From an uncultured Alphaproteobacteria bacterium (lineage in GTDB: Bacteria > Pseudomonadota > Alphaproteobacteria > RF32 > CAG-239): DNA of 59,878 bases. The stretch spans positions 1-59,878 of the forward strand of contig CALXTJ010000003.1 in assembly GCA_944391375.1 (NCBI GenBank). Reading direction: 5' to 3'. A model generated the notes under the pieces. The model was given only the letters and a program-made list of their open reading frames with translations. It searched no databases and had not been told where the DNA came from. The translations under genes and the position numbers were made by a program. Below are positions 29,034-39,238 of this stretch, piece by piece; the first letter of the stretch is position 1; the number at the start of each line of letters is the position of its first letter.

Positions 29034-29745
29034 AAATTCCATAAAAACCGTTAATCTATGTAAATATTACGGCTCCATAAAGGCCGTTGATGACTTTAAT
29101 TTTTCTGCTCAAAAAGGCCAGATTATTGCTCTTTTGGGCCCGAATGGTGCCGGAAAATCTACTTTAATGAACATGATAAGCGGTTTTTTATCGCCCACCG
29201 GCGGTGACATTTTTGTTGAAGACTTAAATATTGCCGATAACCCTACCCTCATCAAGCAAAAAATCGGCTTTTTGGCCGAAGGATCTCCTTTATATCCGGA
29301 CATGAGCGTTAAAATGTTCCTAAAATATATGGCCGATTTAAGAGGTGTTGATAACAGCTCTTTGCAAACCGCCGTGGAACTTGCCAATATCGGCAATGTT
29401 CTTAACCAAAAAATTGAAACTCTTTCCAAAGGTTATCAACGACGCGTCGGCTTTGCTCAAAGTATTTTACATAATCCCGATATTTTGCTCTTAGATGAAC
29501 CGACCGACGGTTTGGACCCCAACCAAAAAGAGCATATGCGTAACTTAATTGCCAAAATGGGCAAGCAAAAAACCATTTTAATTTCCACTCATTTGTTGGA
29601 AGAGGCCGAAACCGTCTGTAACCGCATTGTTTTAATCAATAAAGGCCGACTTGTGGCCGACGGAAGTTTGCAAGATATTTTAAAAACCGCTAAAGCAAAA
29701 TCACTGGACGAGGCTTTTAAAAAATTAACCCAAACCGAAGAATAA
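29026..29745 (+). CDS. ABC transporter ATP-binding protein (GldA-like)
   Basis: GPNGAGKST, LSKGYQRRV, LLDEPTDGLDP. Confidence 0.9.
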   Translation: MLKNSIKTVNLCKYYGSIKAVDDFNFSAQKGQIIALLGPNGAGKSTLMNMISGFLSPTGGDIFVEDLNIADNPTLIKQKIGFLAEGSPLYPDMSVKMFLKYMADLRGVDNSSLQTAVELANIGNVLNQKIETLSKGYQRRVGFAQSILHNPDILLLDEPTDGLDPNQKEHMRNLIAKMGKQKTILISTHLLEEAETVCNRIVLINKGRLVADGSLQDILKTAKAKSLDEAFKKLTQTEE

Positions 29746-29772
29746 TGCCGCTTAACCTGAAAGGACAAGACA

Positions 29773-32700
29773 ATGAAACAGCTTTTTATTGTTACCAAAA
29801 ATGAATTGATGCGTTATTTTATATCGCCCTTAGCTTATGTATATTTGGTATCTTTTTTAGTATTAAATGCCGCATTTGCCTTTTATTTTGGGCATTTTTT
29901 TGAAAGAGGCCAAGCTTCCCTTGATGTTATGTTTTATTACCAGCCTTGGCTCTATTTATTGTTTATTCCCGGTATTTCCATGCGGCTGTGGGCCGAGGAA
30001 TTTAAAAATAAAACCATTGTCCAAATCATGACCATGCCGGTCAGTACCGAAACCTTGGTATGGGGCAAGTTTTTTGCTTCCTGGCTGTTTTGTGCTTTGG
30101 CTTTAGTTTTAACCTTCCCGTTTTGGATTACCGTTAATGTTTTGGGTAGTCCCGATAATACTGTTATTTTTATCGGCTACTTGGGGAGTCTTACCATCGC
30201 CGGATGTATGCTTGCCATATCACAAACCATGTCGGCTTTAACTAAAAATCAGGTGATTGCTCTTGTCCTTTCGGTTGCCGCTAACTTGGTGTTTTTCTGG
30301 AGCGGCATTGAGTTTGTTTTATCCTTCTTTAGAATGTTTTTGCCCGACTATATGATTGATGCCATCGCCTCTTTTAGCTTTTTAACGCATTTTAACACCA
30401 TAGCACAAGGCCTTGTTGAGCTTAGAGATATTTTGTTTTTTGTTTCGGTTATCTTATTATTTAACTTTACTACCGTTTTAATCATCAGTTTTAGGACTTC
30501 GGGTACCGCTTCCTGGCTTAAATCTACCAGCCGCTCTTACTACATAATCGCCTGGTTTATGCTTCTTATCGGTTTTATGGGCTTTAACTTACTGGCCAAC
30601 AATTTAACCCGCGGTACGCAAATTGATTTTAGTCAAGACAAGCTCTTTACCTTAAATAAAAATACTGTCTATACCTTGCAAAATCTGCCCGAACCCGTTA
30701 CCGCAAAACTTTATTATTCCACCGTTTTGGAACAACGCAATCCGGCTATGCGGCAGATGTTTGATAAAGTAAGACTTTTACTTGAACAATATAAAAATAA
30801 CTCTAACGGGCGGTTTGATTATCGGATTTATCATCCGCAAAGCTTGGATGATGTTGAAGATAGGGCCATTGCCGACGGTATTCAGCCTATTCCTTTAATT
30901 GATATTAACCAAAATGCCCTTTTTGGCTTAACGGTTGCCGATACTTTGCAAAATAAGCAAACTATTGCCTATTTTGCACCTGAAAGAATGCCCTTTTTGG
31001 AACAAGATTTAACTTCACTTATCTACCGCTTGTCGCACAAAAAGAAAAAAGCCTTTGTGCTTTCAAACTTACCGATTAACGGCGGCGGAACCGATAATAT
31101 GGTGGCTCAACCTTGGGAAATAAGTCGTAAAATCAGTGAGTTTTATGATGTTTCCTACATATCCTCTCCGCAAGAGTTGGAAAAAAATCCTGATGTGTTA
31201 ATTTTAATCCACCCGCAAAATTTATCTGATGAAATGGTGGAGGCTATTAAAAAATATTCTGAAAATTACGGTAATATTTTACTGCTTTTAGATAATGCCA
31301 CCGAAGCTACGCGTTTATATTCGCCGGTAAATTATCCCTTTACTCCTTCAACCTTAAACGGTCTTGATAAGTTCTGGGGCTTTAGATTTTATAATGAATA
31401 TACCGTGGCCGATTTAGATAACTCCATTATGGTGGATGCCACCAGCAATTATAAAAATAATCCGGCATTTACTCAGGATGTGATTCAATTTAAGTTGAAA
31501 AAGGAAAATTTTAACCCCAATCACCCCGTAACCAAAAATTTGCAAAGCTTACTGATGTCTTCGGCAGCGGTTATATTACCTCAATCCGACAACATTGACT
31601 TTGTGCCTTTGTTGCAAGCCAGCAAAAATTCTTCGTTAATGCCGGTGGGAGTTGTATATGACGGGCTTAATCCGCGGCAAATACTTTCCATGTTTAAAGC
31701 CGATGAAAACCCCAAAATTTTGGCAGCCTATATCCATGGTAAAAAGCCCGATAATCAATTTAATTTAATCGTGGTCGGCGATACCGATTTTATTTACGAT
31801 AATTTTTGGACGGCTCCCAGTATGTTTTTGGAAAGAACTTACTTTTTGCCTTTGTTCAATAACGGCGATTTTATTCTTAACAGTTTGGACTTTTTGACCA
31901 ACAATTCCGACTTACTTGCTTTACGAGGAAAATCGGCTCAAGACCGCTCGTTTTCCGGTATTGAAAAATTAAGAAAACAAAATGTCCTTGATTTTAAGCT
32001 CAAAGAAGAAGAAACTTTCCAAAAAATTGATGATGTTAAACAACAGCTTAATGAAATTTGGGGCAAGCGAGATTTTGAAGGTCGGCAAAACTTTACTGCC
32101 GATGAGCTTGCCGTTATCAACGGTATCAGGAAAAATTTGGAAACTTTACGCAAAGAATTAAGCGATATTCGCCTGCAAGCCAATAAATCCATTGAGCAGA
32201 TTGAGGCGGTTGTTAAATTTATAAACATATTTGCCGTACCTTTGCTTTTAAGCTTGTTCATTTTAATTGTCGGGCTTAAAAAACGGCAAAAATCCGCAAC
32301 CGTAAAGCTTAGTTTAAATAAGCCCTTATTAAAACTCATGGGCGGAGCTTTTATTGTTTTAATTTTGGGTATAATTTCCGTTTATATAGCCAACCTTTCC
32401 GATATTCAGAAATATGAGGATAAACCCTTGTTTCCAGAACTTTCAAAACAGATAAACGAGGTGGAAAACATTACAATTAAAACCCATGATACCACGCTTT
32501 CCTTTATTAAAAAAGACGGCGTATGGATGTTAAAAGAGCATCCTGATTTTGCCGTATTTCAAGAGCGGATTAAAAGCTTTTTAAGTGCTTTATTGGAAGC
32601 TCGTTTTTATGAGAAAAAGTCCGACAAAGCCGAAAATTTGGCCTTATTCGGCTTGCAACCGATTGAAAGCGAAAATTCGCCCAATACCCGCATTGAACTC

Positions 32701-33219
32701 TTGTCATCAGGCGGGCAAAACATTTTAAGCTTTGAGGTCGGTAAATACAATCTGGATTTAGGCCGAGGTTCCAATGCCGCTTATGTTAAGTTTGACGGCA
32801 AGTTTCAAGTTTGGCTGGTAGAAGCCGATTTTGTGGACCTATCACCTGATTGGCAGCAATGGACTTACAGTCGTATTTGGGATTTGCGGTTCGGCAGATT
32901 AAAAAGCATAAATAATGATACCAACCCCGATATGATTGCCGAAGTAATGAAACATCTTTTAAATACACCGTTCACATCTTCCGTTACCGAGCTTGAAAAT
33001 CCTGAACTTATCAAAGAACTTGCTCTAAAAACCGAAGATGATAATGAGATTGTTCTTAAATTTTATGAAAGCAACTCCAAAGTATGGATGCAATATGATT
33101 TTAAGCAACCTTTGGCAGGAAAACATTTGCAATTTTTTGCACCTTATGTTAAAGACCGTTTTTTAGAAATTGATACTAAAAATTGGGAGGCAATAAACAA
33201 TGCAAGTAAAGGAAAATAA
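29773..33219 (+). CDS. Fused GldF-like permease + GldG-like domain + DUF4340-like domain
   Basis: RYFISPLAY/SMRLWAEE (GldF-like), LSQDKLFTL...GDTDF (GldG-like), YEKKSDK...LFGL (DUF4340-like) in one 1148-aa ORF. Confidence 0.8.
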   Translation: MKQLFIVTKNELMRYFISPLAYVYLVSFLVLNAAFAFYFGHFFERGQASLDVMFYYQPWLYLLFIPGISMRLWAEEFKNKTIVQIMTMPVSTETLVWGKFFASWLFCALALVLTFPFWITVNVLGSPDNTVIFIGYLGSLTIAGCMLAISQTMSALTKNQVIALVLSVAANLVFFWSGIEFVLSFFRMFLPDYMIDAIASFSFLTHFNTIAQGLVELRDILFFVSVILLFNFTTVLIISFRTSGTASWLKSTSRSYYIIAWFMLLIGFMGFNLLANNLTRGTQIDFSQDKLFTLNKNTVYTLQNLPEPVTAKLYYSTVLEQRNPAMRQMFDKVRLLLEQYKNNSNGRFDYRIYHPQSLDDVEDRAIADGIQPIPLIDINQNALFGLTVADTLQNKQTIAYFAPERMPFLEQDLTSLIYRLSHKKKKAFVLSNLPINGGGTDNMVAQPWEISRKISEFYDVSYISSPQELEKNPDVLILIHPQNLSDEMVEAIKKYSENYGNILLLLDNATEATRLYSPVNYPFTPSTLNGLDKFWGFRFYNEYTVADLDNSIMVDATSNYKNNPAFTQDVIQFKLKKENFNPNHPVTKNLQSLLMSSAAVILPQSDNIDFVPLLQASKNSSLMPVGVVYDGLNPRQILSMFKADENPKILAAYIHGKKPDNQFNLIVVGDTDFIYDNFWTAPSMFLERTYFLPLFNNGDFILNSLDFLTNNSDLLALRGKSAQDRSFSGIEKLRKQNVLDFKLKEEETFQKIDDVKQQLNEIWGKRDFEGRQNFTADELAVINGIRKNLETLRKELSDIRLQANKSIEQIEAVVKFINIFAVPLLLSLFILIVGLKKRQKSATVKLSLNKPLLKLMGGAFIVLILGIISVYIANLSDIQKYEDKPLFPELSKQINEVENITIKTHDTTLSFIKKDGVWMLKEHPDFAVFQERIKSFLSALLEARFYEKKSDKAENLALFGLQPIESENSPNTRIELLSSGGQNILSFEVGKYNLDLGRGSNAAYVKFDGKFQVWLVEADFVDLSPDWQQWTYSRIWDLRFGRLKSINNDTNPDMIAEVMKHLLNTPFTSSVTELENPELIKELALKTEDDNEIVLKFYESNSKVWMQYDFKQPLAGKHLQFFAPYVKDRFLEIDTKNWEAINNASKGK

Positions 33220-34132
33220 GGAAGACTTAAACAGACTTAAACGCTTGGCGGCAACTTTGAGCGTATCGCTGGCGGTGGCCTTGTGCTTTCTTAAAATATT
33301 CGGTTCCATCTATACCGGCTCTTTGGCGATTTTGTCGTCGCTGATTGACAGTCTGGCCGATGTTTTTGCTTCGTCTTTGTCTTTTGTGGCCATTAAATTT
33401 TCTACTCGTCCGGCTTCTTTGGAGCATCGTTACGGTTATGGCAGAGCCGAATCCATCAGTGCTCTGGCTCAGTCCGCTTTTATTGCCGGCTCGGGTTTGT
33501 TTGTTATGTATGACGGTATTACTCGTATAATCAGCCCCGCTCCTTTAGAGCAAACCGATTTCGGTATTATGGTTATGACCATAAGTTTACTTGCCACTTT
33601 GGCTTTGATTGCTTTTCAAAAATATGTTACCAAAAAAACCGCTTCTCCGGCCATTAAGGCGGATTCAGCCCATTATACGGTGGATGTTTTAACTAACCTC
33701 TCTATTATCATTTCCCTTTTGGTGGTTAAATTTTTGGGCATTAACTGGTTTGATATTTTAACCGCTTTTGTTATTTCGGCTTACTTAATCTTTAATGCTT
33801 ATAAACTTGCAGCCGAAGCCGTATCGGCCTTAACCGACAGAGAGTTAAGCCCCGAAATCAGGCAAAAAGTTATTGATATCGTAAATAACAGTGATGGCAT
33901 TAAGGGTTATCACGACTTTAGAAGCCGCGATTTGGGCGGTACTTATTGCTTTGAAATTCATTTGGAATTAGACGGTAATTTAACCTTAAATATAACTCAC
34001 CAATTAACCGATAAAGTGGAAGAGGCTATAAAAAGACAATTCCCTGAGGCTCAGGTGATTATTCATCAAGATCCTTACGGCTTGCGGGAAAATCGTTTGG
34101 ATTACACCATTGAAGGCAGTTGTAAACTTTAA
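33200..34132 (+). CDS. fieF: Cation diffusion facilitator (FieF-like)
   Basis: SLIDSLAD, HRYGYGRAE, HYTVD, HLELD, IHQDP. Confidence 0.9.
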   Translation: MQVKENKEDLNRLKRLAATLSVSLAVALCFLKIFGSIYTGSLAILSSLIDSLADVFASSLSFVAIKFSTRPASLEHRYGYGRAESISALAQSAFIAGSGLFVMYDGITRIISPAPLEQTDFGIMVMTISLLATLALIAFQKYVTKKTASPAIKADSAHYTVDVLTNLSIIISLLVVKFLGINWFDILTAFVISAYLIFNAYKLAAEAVSALTDRELSPEIRQKVIDIVNNSDGIKGYHDFRSRDLGGTYCFEIHLELDGNLTLNITHQLTDKVEEAIKRQFPEAQVIIHQDPYGLRENRLDYTIEGSCKL

Positions 34133-34152
34133 ATACACTGTTTAAAAAATTT

Positions 34153-34183
34153 AAAAGCTCTTCATTTTCAACAAAGAGCTTTT
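34153..34183. terminator. Bidirectional terminator-like hairpin
   Basis: AAAAGCTCTT/AAGAGCTTTT between convergent genes. Confidence 0.55.
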
Positions 34184-34184
34184 A

Positions 34185-34595
34185 TTATCCTAACCTTAAA
34201 AACGGACGCGTAAAAGCGTACTGACATTCTTCTATATACTCTTCCCGTTCTAAGGATAAATCTACCCCGACACGCATATCAAACCCGATCTTGTCTCGTC
34301 CCCAATATTTTTTGGAACGCAACAAAGGGAGGTTGAGCATTTCAAGCGTACGGTCAACTTCCGACCTATACTCCAGCAACATCCTAAGTTGCTTGGTATT
34401 AGGTATCTGCCAGTACAGATTTGCAACTTCCATATCCCAACATAATCTGTTGGCATCCTTCCATGGCAGCTTTGGTAAATCATCTACATATATGGCCGCC
34501 TTATCTTCCCGTAAAAAGATAGCTATCGGACGGGCTCTCTGCGGATACCAAAACTCACCATTTTCATACATTACTAATAATGGTGTCTTTTCCAT
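34185..34595 (-). CDS. Hypothetical protein, possible DUF1566/Lcl-type C-lectin-like fold
   Basis: LPWKDANRLC...WQIPNTKQL...YW...RPF pattern. Confidence 0.5.
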   Translation of the reverse strand: MEKTPLLVMYENGEFWYPQRARPIAIFLREDKAAIYVDDLPKLPWKDANRLCWDMEVANLYWQIPNTKQLRMLLEYRSEVDRTLEMLNLPLLRSKKYWGRDKIGFDMRVGVDLSLEREEYIEECQYAFTRPFLRLG

Positions 34596-34645
34596 GATAA
34601 TTTATTTTGTGCCCATATTGACACAGATAAAAAATTTTGTCAAGT

Positions 34646-35713
34646 CTATTGTTCAGAATCTTTTTTAGATTTTAATTGACCGCAGGCAGCTAAAATATCT
34701 TGGCCTCTGGCAACCCTTACCGGAGCGGCAAAGCCCGCCTTTTCCAAGGCATCGGCAAAGGCTTTAACTTTTTGAGACGGACTGGGCTTAAAACAACATC
34801 CCGGCCACGGATTAAACGGTATTAAATTGAATGATGCCCGAATATGATACTTTTTCATCAGCCTTATCAGCTCATTGGCATTTTCTAAAGAATCGTTTAT
34901 ACCGTCTAATAACAAATATTCAAAAGTTATATAACGGCTGCCGTCCTCGGCTTGATATTCCTGACAGGCTTTTAAAACTTCTTCTATCGGATAGCGGTTG
35001 TTAATGGGCATAATCTGTGAACGGATTTCATTATTGGGTGCGTGTAAAGAAACAGCTAAACGAACTCCCGTGGCTTTTAAGGTTTCAACAATTTTGGGAG
35101 CAATGCCCGATGTTGACATGGTAACTCTACGACGCGAAATGGCTATGCCGTCGCCGTCGGTTAAAATATTTAAAGCCTTAATAACATTATCTTGATTGTG
35201 TAACGGCTCACCCATACCCATTACCACAATATTGGATAAATATCTTACTTCATTGGTGGGACTCGGCCATTCGCCATATGTATCACGAGCTACCATAAAT
35301 TGGCTGACAATTTCACCGGCTGTTAAATTTCGCGTTAGTTTTTGACTTCCCGTATGGCAAAATTTACAGCCCACCGCACATCCGACTTGAGTGGATATAC
35401 AAACCGCTCCGCGGTCTTCTTCGGGAATGTAAACCATTTCCACACGCTCACCGTCTTTAAATTCCAAAAGCCACTTGCGGGTTTTGTCTTTAGATAGCTG
35501 CTCGGCAACGATTTTCGGACGAGTTATCGTAAAATTTTCCGCCAACTTTTCCCGCAACTCTTTGGAAAAATTGGTCATCTTGGCAAAATCGGTTTCGCCC
35601 CTGAAATACAGCCACTGCCATAACTGCTTGCTGCGAAATTTTTTCTCGCCGAGTTTTAATATTTCTTCTTCTATTTCGGACTTACTTAAGCCGATTAACT
35701 CTTTTTTTTCCAT
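34646..35713 (-). CDS. rlmN: Dual-specificity RNA methyltransferase RlmN
   Basis: CISTQVGCAVGCKFC radical SAM motif, MGMGEP, AACGQL. Confidence 0.97.
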   Translation of the reverse strand: MEKKELIGLSKSEIEEEILKLGEKKFRSKQLWQWLYFRGETDFAKMTNFSKELREKLAENFTITRPKIVAEQLSKDKTRKWLLEFKDGERVEMVYIPEEDRGAVCISTQVGCAVGCKFCHTGSQKLTRNLTAGEIVSQFMVARDTYGEWPSPTNEVRYLSNIVVMGMGEPLHNQDNVIKALNILTDGDGIAISRRRVTMSTSGIAPKIVETLKATGVRLAVSLHAPNNEIRSQIMPINNRYPIEEVLKACQEYQAEDGSRYITFEYLLLDGINDSLENANELIRLMKKYHIRASFNLIPFNPWPGCCFKPSPSQKVKAFADALEKAGFAAPVRVARGQDILAACGQLKSKKDSEQ

Positions 35714-35715
35714 GA

Positions 35716-36222
35716 TTACTTCTTACCGCATTTGGCACTGATTACTTTATAAGCCCGCGTAAAACCGCTTAAGGAATATGTGTCTTTGGTTTGCGTTCCG
35801 CGGGAAGATACGCCTTTTACTATCATTCTTTGCCCTCTTTTCATGGCCGCAACCAAAGCTTGATCGTCCTTTTCGGTTAGAGTCCAAGCCTTATCGGCAT
35901 CGGTAAAAATGTTATTAAAGGTCTCTTTACCGATTTTAATTTCTACTTTAGAGCCTTTTTTATAAGTATATCCGGCCACAAAATTAACAACATCAAAACT
36001 TTTTTCACCGGGACGATGAGTTACTACCGCATAAATATCGCCTCGTTGGGTATATTTTCCTTCATCCCTTTTGGGGGTTGAGGCCATATAACATACATTT
36101 TTGCCGTTTTCTTTGTAGGTATAGGCCGACCAATCGCCGTATTTGCCCAGTAACTTGGGAGCTTCCATGGCTTGTACACTGCCAATACTTAAAAAAAACA
36201 CTAAAATTAAATACTTAATCAT
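35716..36222 (-). CDS. Invasion-associated locus B (IalB) family secreted protein
   Basis: Signal peptide, YGDWSAY, AMKRG, DTYSLSGFT; usual alphaproteobacterial neighbour of rlmN. Confidence 0.82.
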   Translation of the reverse strand: MIKYLILVFFLSIGSVQAMEAPKLLGKYGDWSAYTYKENGKNVCYMASTPKRDEGKYTQRGDIYAVVTHRPGEKSFDVVNFVAGYTYKKGSKVEIKIGKETFNNIFTDADKAWTLTEKDDQALVAAMKRGQRMIVKGVSSRGTQTKDTYSLSGFTRAYKVISAKCGKK

Positions 36223-36324
36223 TTTAAAATACCCACTTATTATCATTTTTAATAAAATATTGGTTGCATTATAAATTTAAACTGTTAAAAGAAAGCAAAT
36301 ATTTGAAAATTTTCGGAGATTTTT

Positions 36325-37557
36325 ATGATACGACCCGAATATATTGATATCAATAACATTATTCCCGATAAATCGGTGTTAAAACTGTTTAAAACCGTTG
36401 CCGATCACGGCGGAGTTTTAAGGTTTGTCGGAGGTGCCGTTCGCGATACCTTGGCCGGACTAAAAGGTTTTGAACTGGATTTGGCTACCGACTTAACCCC
36501 CGAAGAACTTGTTGAAGCTTGTCAGGATAACGGGCTTAAAACCGTACCCATCGGTATTAAGTTTGCCACCACCGGCGTGGTTATTAACAATAAAGTTGTT
36601 GCCGTATCATCCTTGTATCAACAAAGAGACGGTTATAAATTTTCTTCCGATTTTAATTTTACCGATGACTGGAAGGCCGATGCTTCAAAACGCGATTTAA
36701 CCATAAATGCCGTCTATGCCGATGAGCAAGGTAATGTTTTTGATTATTATAACGGTATTGATGATCTGGAAAAAGGACTTATTCGTTTTATCGGTAATGC
36801 CGATGAACAAATAAAAAAAGATCCTATCAGAATTATGCGGTTTTTCAGATTTTATTCCATCTTCGGAAAAGGCGAACCGGATTTGAAATCTTTAAAAGCC
36901 TGTGTTGAAAACAGAGATTTACTTAAGAGCGTAGCCATAGAGCAAGTCAGAGAAGAATTGTTTAAAATTTTACTGACACCCAATATTGTCAAAACCTTAC
37001 GCATTATTTTTGAAAATGATATTTTGAGCTATATTTTGCCGACTTCTTCACACTTGCAGGAATTGCAAAACTTAGCTGATATTATCATTCAAAACAATTT
37101 GCAACCCGATGCTTTGAGAAGACTCTACATTATGTATTTACCTGATGAAAGTTTGGCCGAAAATTTGGCCATGCGTCTGCATTTAAGCAAAGAGCAGAAA
37201 AAGCGTTTGGTAGATTGGGCTAAATTTGATGTAGATTGCGATAAAATTACCGATACCAACTATTTACAAAAAATATCTTACCTTTACGGTAAAGAATTTT
37301 GTAAAGATAAAGTGTTGTTTTGTGCCGCAAAATGTCCGAACTGTTTATTGCGTCTTAAAGACATACTAAAACAGATTGACACTTTGACTATTCCGCAATT
37401 TAGCATTTCCGGAGCTGATTTAATCGGGTTGGGAATCCAAAACAACGCCAAAATCGGTGCCGTTTTGCAGATTTTGAAAAACGAGTGGATACAAAGCAAT
37501 TTTACTTTAAGTAATGATAATTTGGTAAATCTGGCCAAAACCTTTGTGCAAAATTAA
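36325..37557 (+). CDS. CCA-adding / poly(A) polymerase family nucleotidyltransferase with altered motifs
   Basis: VGGAVRD, ELDLATD, KRDLTINA, KDPIRIMRFFRF. Confidence 0.85.
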   Translation: MIRPEYIDINNIIPDKSVLKLFKTVADHGGVLRFVGGAVRDTLAGLKGFELDLATDLTPEELVEACQDNGLKTVPIGIKFATTGVVINNKVVAVSSLYQQRDGYKFSSDFNFTDDWKADASKRDLTINAVYADEQGNVFDYYNGIDDLEKGLIRFIGNADEQIKKDPIRIMRFFRFYSIFGKGEPDLKSLKACVENRDLLKSVAIEQVREELFKILLTPNIVKTLRIIFENDILSYILPTSSHLQELQNLADIIIQNNLQPDALRRLYIMYLPDESLAENLAMRLHLSKEQKKRLVDWAKFDVDCDKITDTNYLQKISYLYGKEFCKDKVLFCAAKCPNCLLRLKDILKQIDTLTIPQFSISGADLIGLGIQNNAKIGAVLQILKNEWIQSNFTLSNDNLVNLAKTFVQN

Positions 37558-37585
37558 AAAGCACGGAAAATTTCCGTGCTTTTTT
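37556..37585. terminator. Bidirectional intrinsic terminator
   Basis: AAAAAGCACGGAAA-A-TTTCCGTGCTTTTTT. Confidence 0.8.
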
Positions 37586-37586
37586 G

Positions 37587-38468
37587 TCAGTGTTCAAACT
37601 TTTCCAGCAAATCTTCCAATTCCGATAGGTTGTTATAACTTATAACGATTTTACCTTTGCCGTTTTTGGTATTGTTAATTTGAACCTTGGCTCCCAACTT
37701 GGAACTTAATTCATTTTCAATAGCGGCCAACTCCGAATCTTTGATTTTTGAGCTATTTTGATTTAAAGGCCTTTTTTTAGCCTCTGGAGAAGAATTTTTG
37801 TTTTCCGAGACCATTGCCTCAACTTGACGCACATTCAGCCCCTCAGCAACGATTTTTGAGGCCAGCTCTTCGGCATCTTGTAAACCGATTAAACAACGAG
37901 CATGTCCGGCAGTTAATTTTCCTTGATTTAACAAAGACTTAACTCCGTCCGGCAGATTTAAAAGACGCAAAGTATTGGCAATATAACTGCGGGATTTACC
38001 GACAACTTCCGATAATTTTTCCTGAGTATAGGCAAATTCCTGCATTAGCTGTTCAAAACCTTTGGCCTCTTCCAACGGGGTTAAATCCTGACGCACGATA
38101 TTTTCAATCAACGCAATTTCCAAAGCCTCGTTATCGGCCATAGATTTTTCAATAACCGGAACTTCGGTTAATCCGGCCTGAAGGGCGGCACGATACCGTC
38201 TTTCGCCGGCAATAATTTCATATTTGTCATTTTGCTTGCGAACCAAAATCGGTTGAAGAATGCCTTTTTCCTTGACCGACTTGGCCAGAGCATTGATAGC
38301 CTCTTCATCAAACTGTTGACGCGGCTGATAACGACCGGCAACAATTTGATTAAGTTTAACACTTTTTATGGCTCCTTTGTCGGAGGAATTTAAATCCAAA
38401 TCTAAATCCATATCTCCCAACAAAGCACCCAAACCTCTGCCCAAACCGTGTTTATTTGCTGCCGACAT
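37587..38468 (-). CDS. parB: Chromosome partitioning protein ParB
   Basis: GLGRGLGALL, YQPR, IAGERRYRA, IENIVRQDL, HTH. Confidence 0.97.
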   Translation of the reverse strand: MSAANKHGLGRGLGALLGDMDLDLDLNSSDKGAIKSVKLNQIVAGRYQPRQQFDEEAINALAKSVKEKGILQPILVRKQNDKYEIIAGERRYRAALQAGLTEVPVIEKSMADNEALEIALIENIVRQDLTPLEEAKGFEQLMQEFAYTQEKLSEVVGKSRSYIANTLRLLNLPDGVKSLLNQGKLTAGHARCLIGLQDAEELASKIVAEGLNVRQVEAMVSENKNSSPEAKKRPLNQNSSKIKDSELAAIENELSSKLGAKVQINNTKNGKGKIVISYNNLSELEDLLEKFEH

Positions 38469-38469
38469 T

Positions 38470-39237
38470 TTATATCTCCTTTTCCCGTTTTAAGACTTCT
38501 TTGGCTAAGTTTATATAAGCCTGAGCCCCTACACTTTTAAAATCGTAAATTAAAATCGGTTTACCGTGGGACGGTGCTTCCGAAATACGCACACTTCGGG
38601 GAATAACCGTTTGATAAACCAAATCGCCGAAGTAACTTCTGACATCTTTTTCCACCATGGAGCTTAAATTATTTCTGCGATCAAACATGGTAAGAACAAT
38701 GCCTTGTACTTTAAGTTCAGGATTAAAGACTTTTTTTATCTGATTGATGTTTTTAATTAAATCGGTTAATCCTTCCAGAGCCAAAAATTCGCATTGTAAA
38801 GGTATTATAACCGAATCGGAAGCCACCAACGCATTAACGGTAATTAAATTTAAGGACGGCGGACAGTCTATTAAAACATAATCATAGTCATTTTTTAAAG
38901 TTTGCAAGGCGTTTTTTAAGACGAACTCTCTTTTATTGACATTTATCAATTCAATTTCCGCACCGGCCAATTCGGGGGTGGAGGGTAAAATATAAAAGCC
39001 GGGAATTTCGCAGGCTTTAACGGCTTGTTGCGGATTAAGACCGTTTATCAAGACATCGTATGAGGATGTAGAGCATTGTTTTTTATCTACACCCATGGAG
39101 GTAGTGGCATTACCCTGCGGATCCAAATCAAGTACCAAAACTTTTTTACCGATGGCTGCCATGGCGGTAGCTATGTTAATGGCGGTTGTAGTTTTACCTA
39201 CGCCGCCTTTCCGATTGGCAACGGCAATTACTTTCAT
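38470..39237 (-). CDS. parA: Chromosome partitioning ATPase ParA
   Basis: KGGVGKTT, DLDPQGN, DCPPSL, IPRSVRISEAPS. Confidence 0.97.
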   Translation of the reverse strand: MKVIAVANRKGGVGKTTTAINIATAMAAIGKKVLVLDLDPQGNATTSMGVDKKQCSTSSYDVLINGLNPQQAVKACEIPGFYILPSTPELAGAEIELINVNKREFVLKNALQTLKNDYDYVLIDCPPSLNLITVNALVASDSVIIPLQCEFLALEGLTDLIKNINQIKKVFNPELKVQGIVLTMFDRRNNLSSMVEKDVRSYFGDLVYQTVIPRSVRISEAPSHGKPILIYDFKSVGAQAYINLAKEVLKREKEI

Positions 39238-39238
39238 G

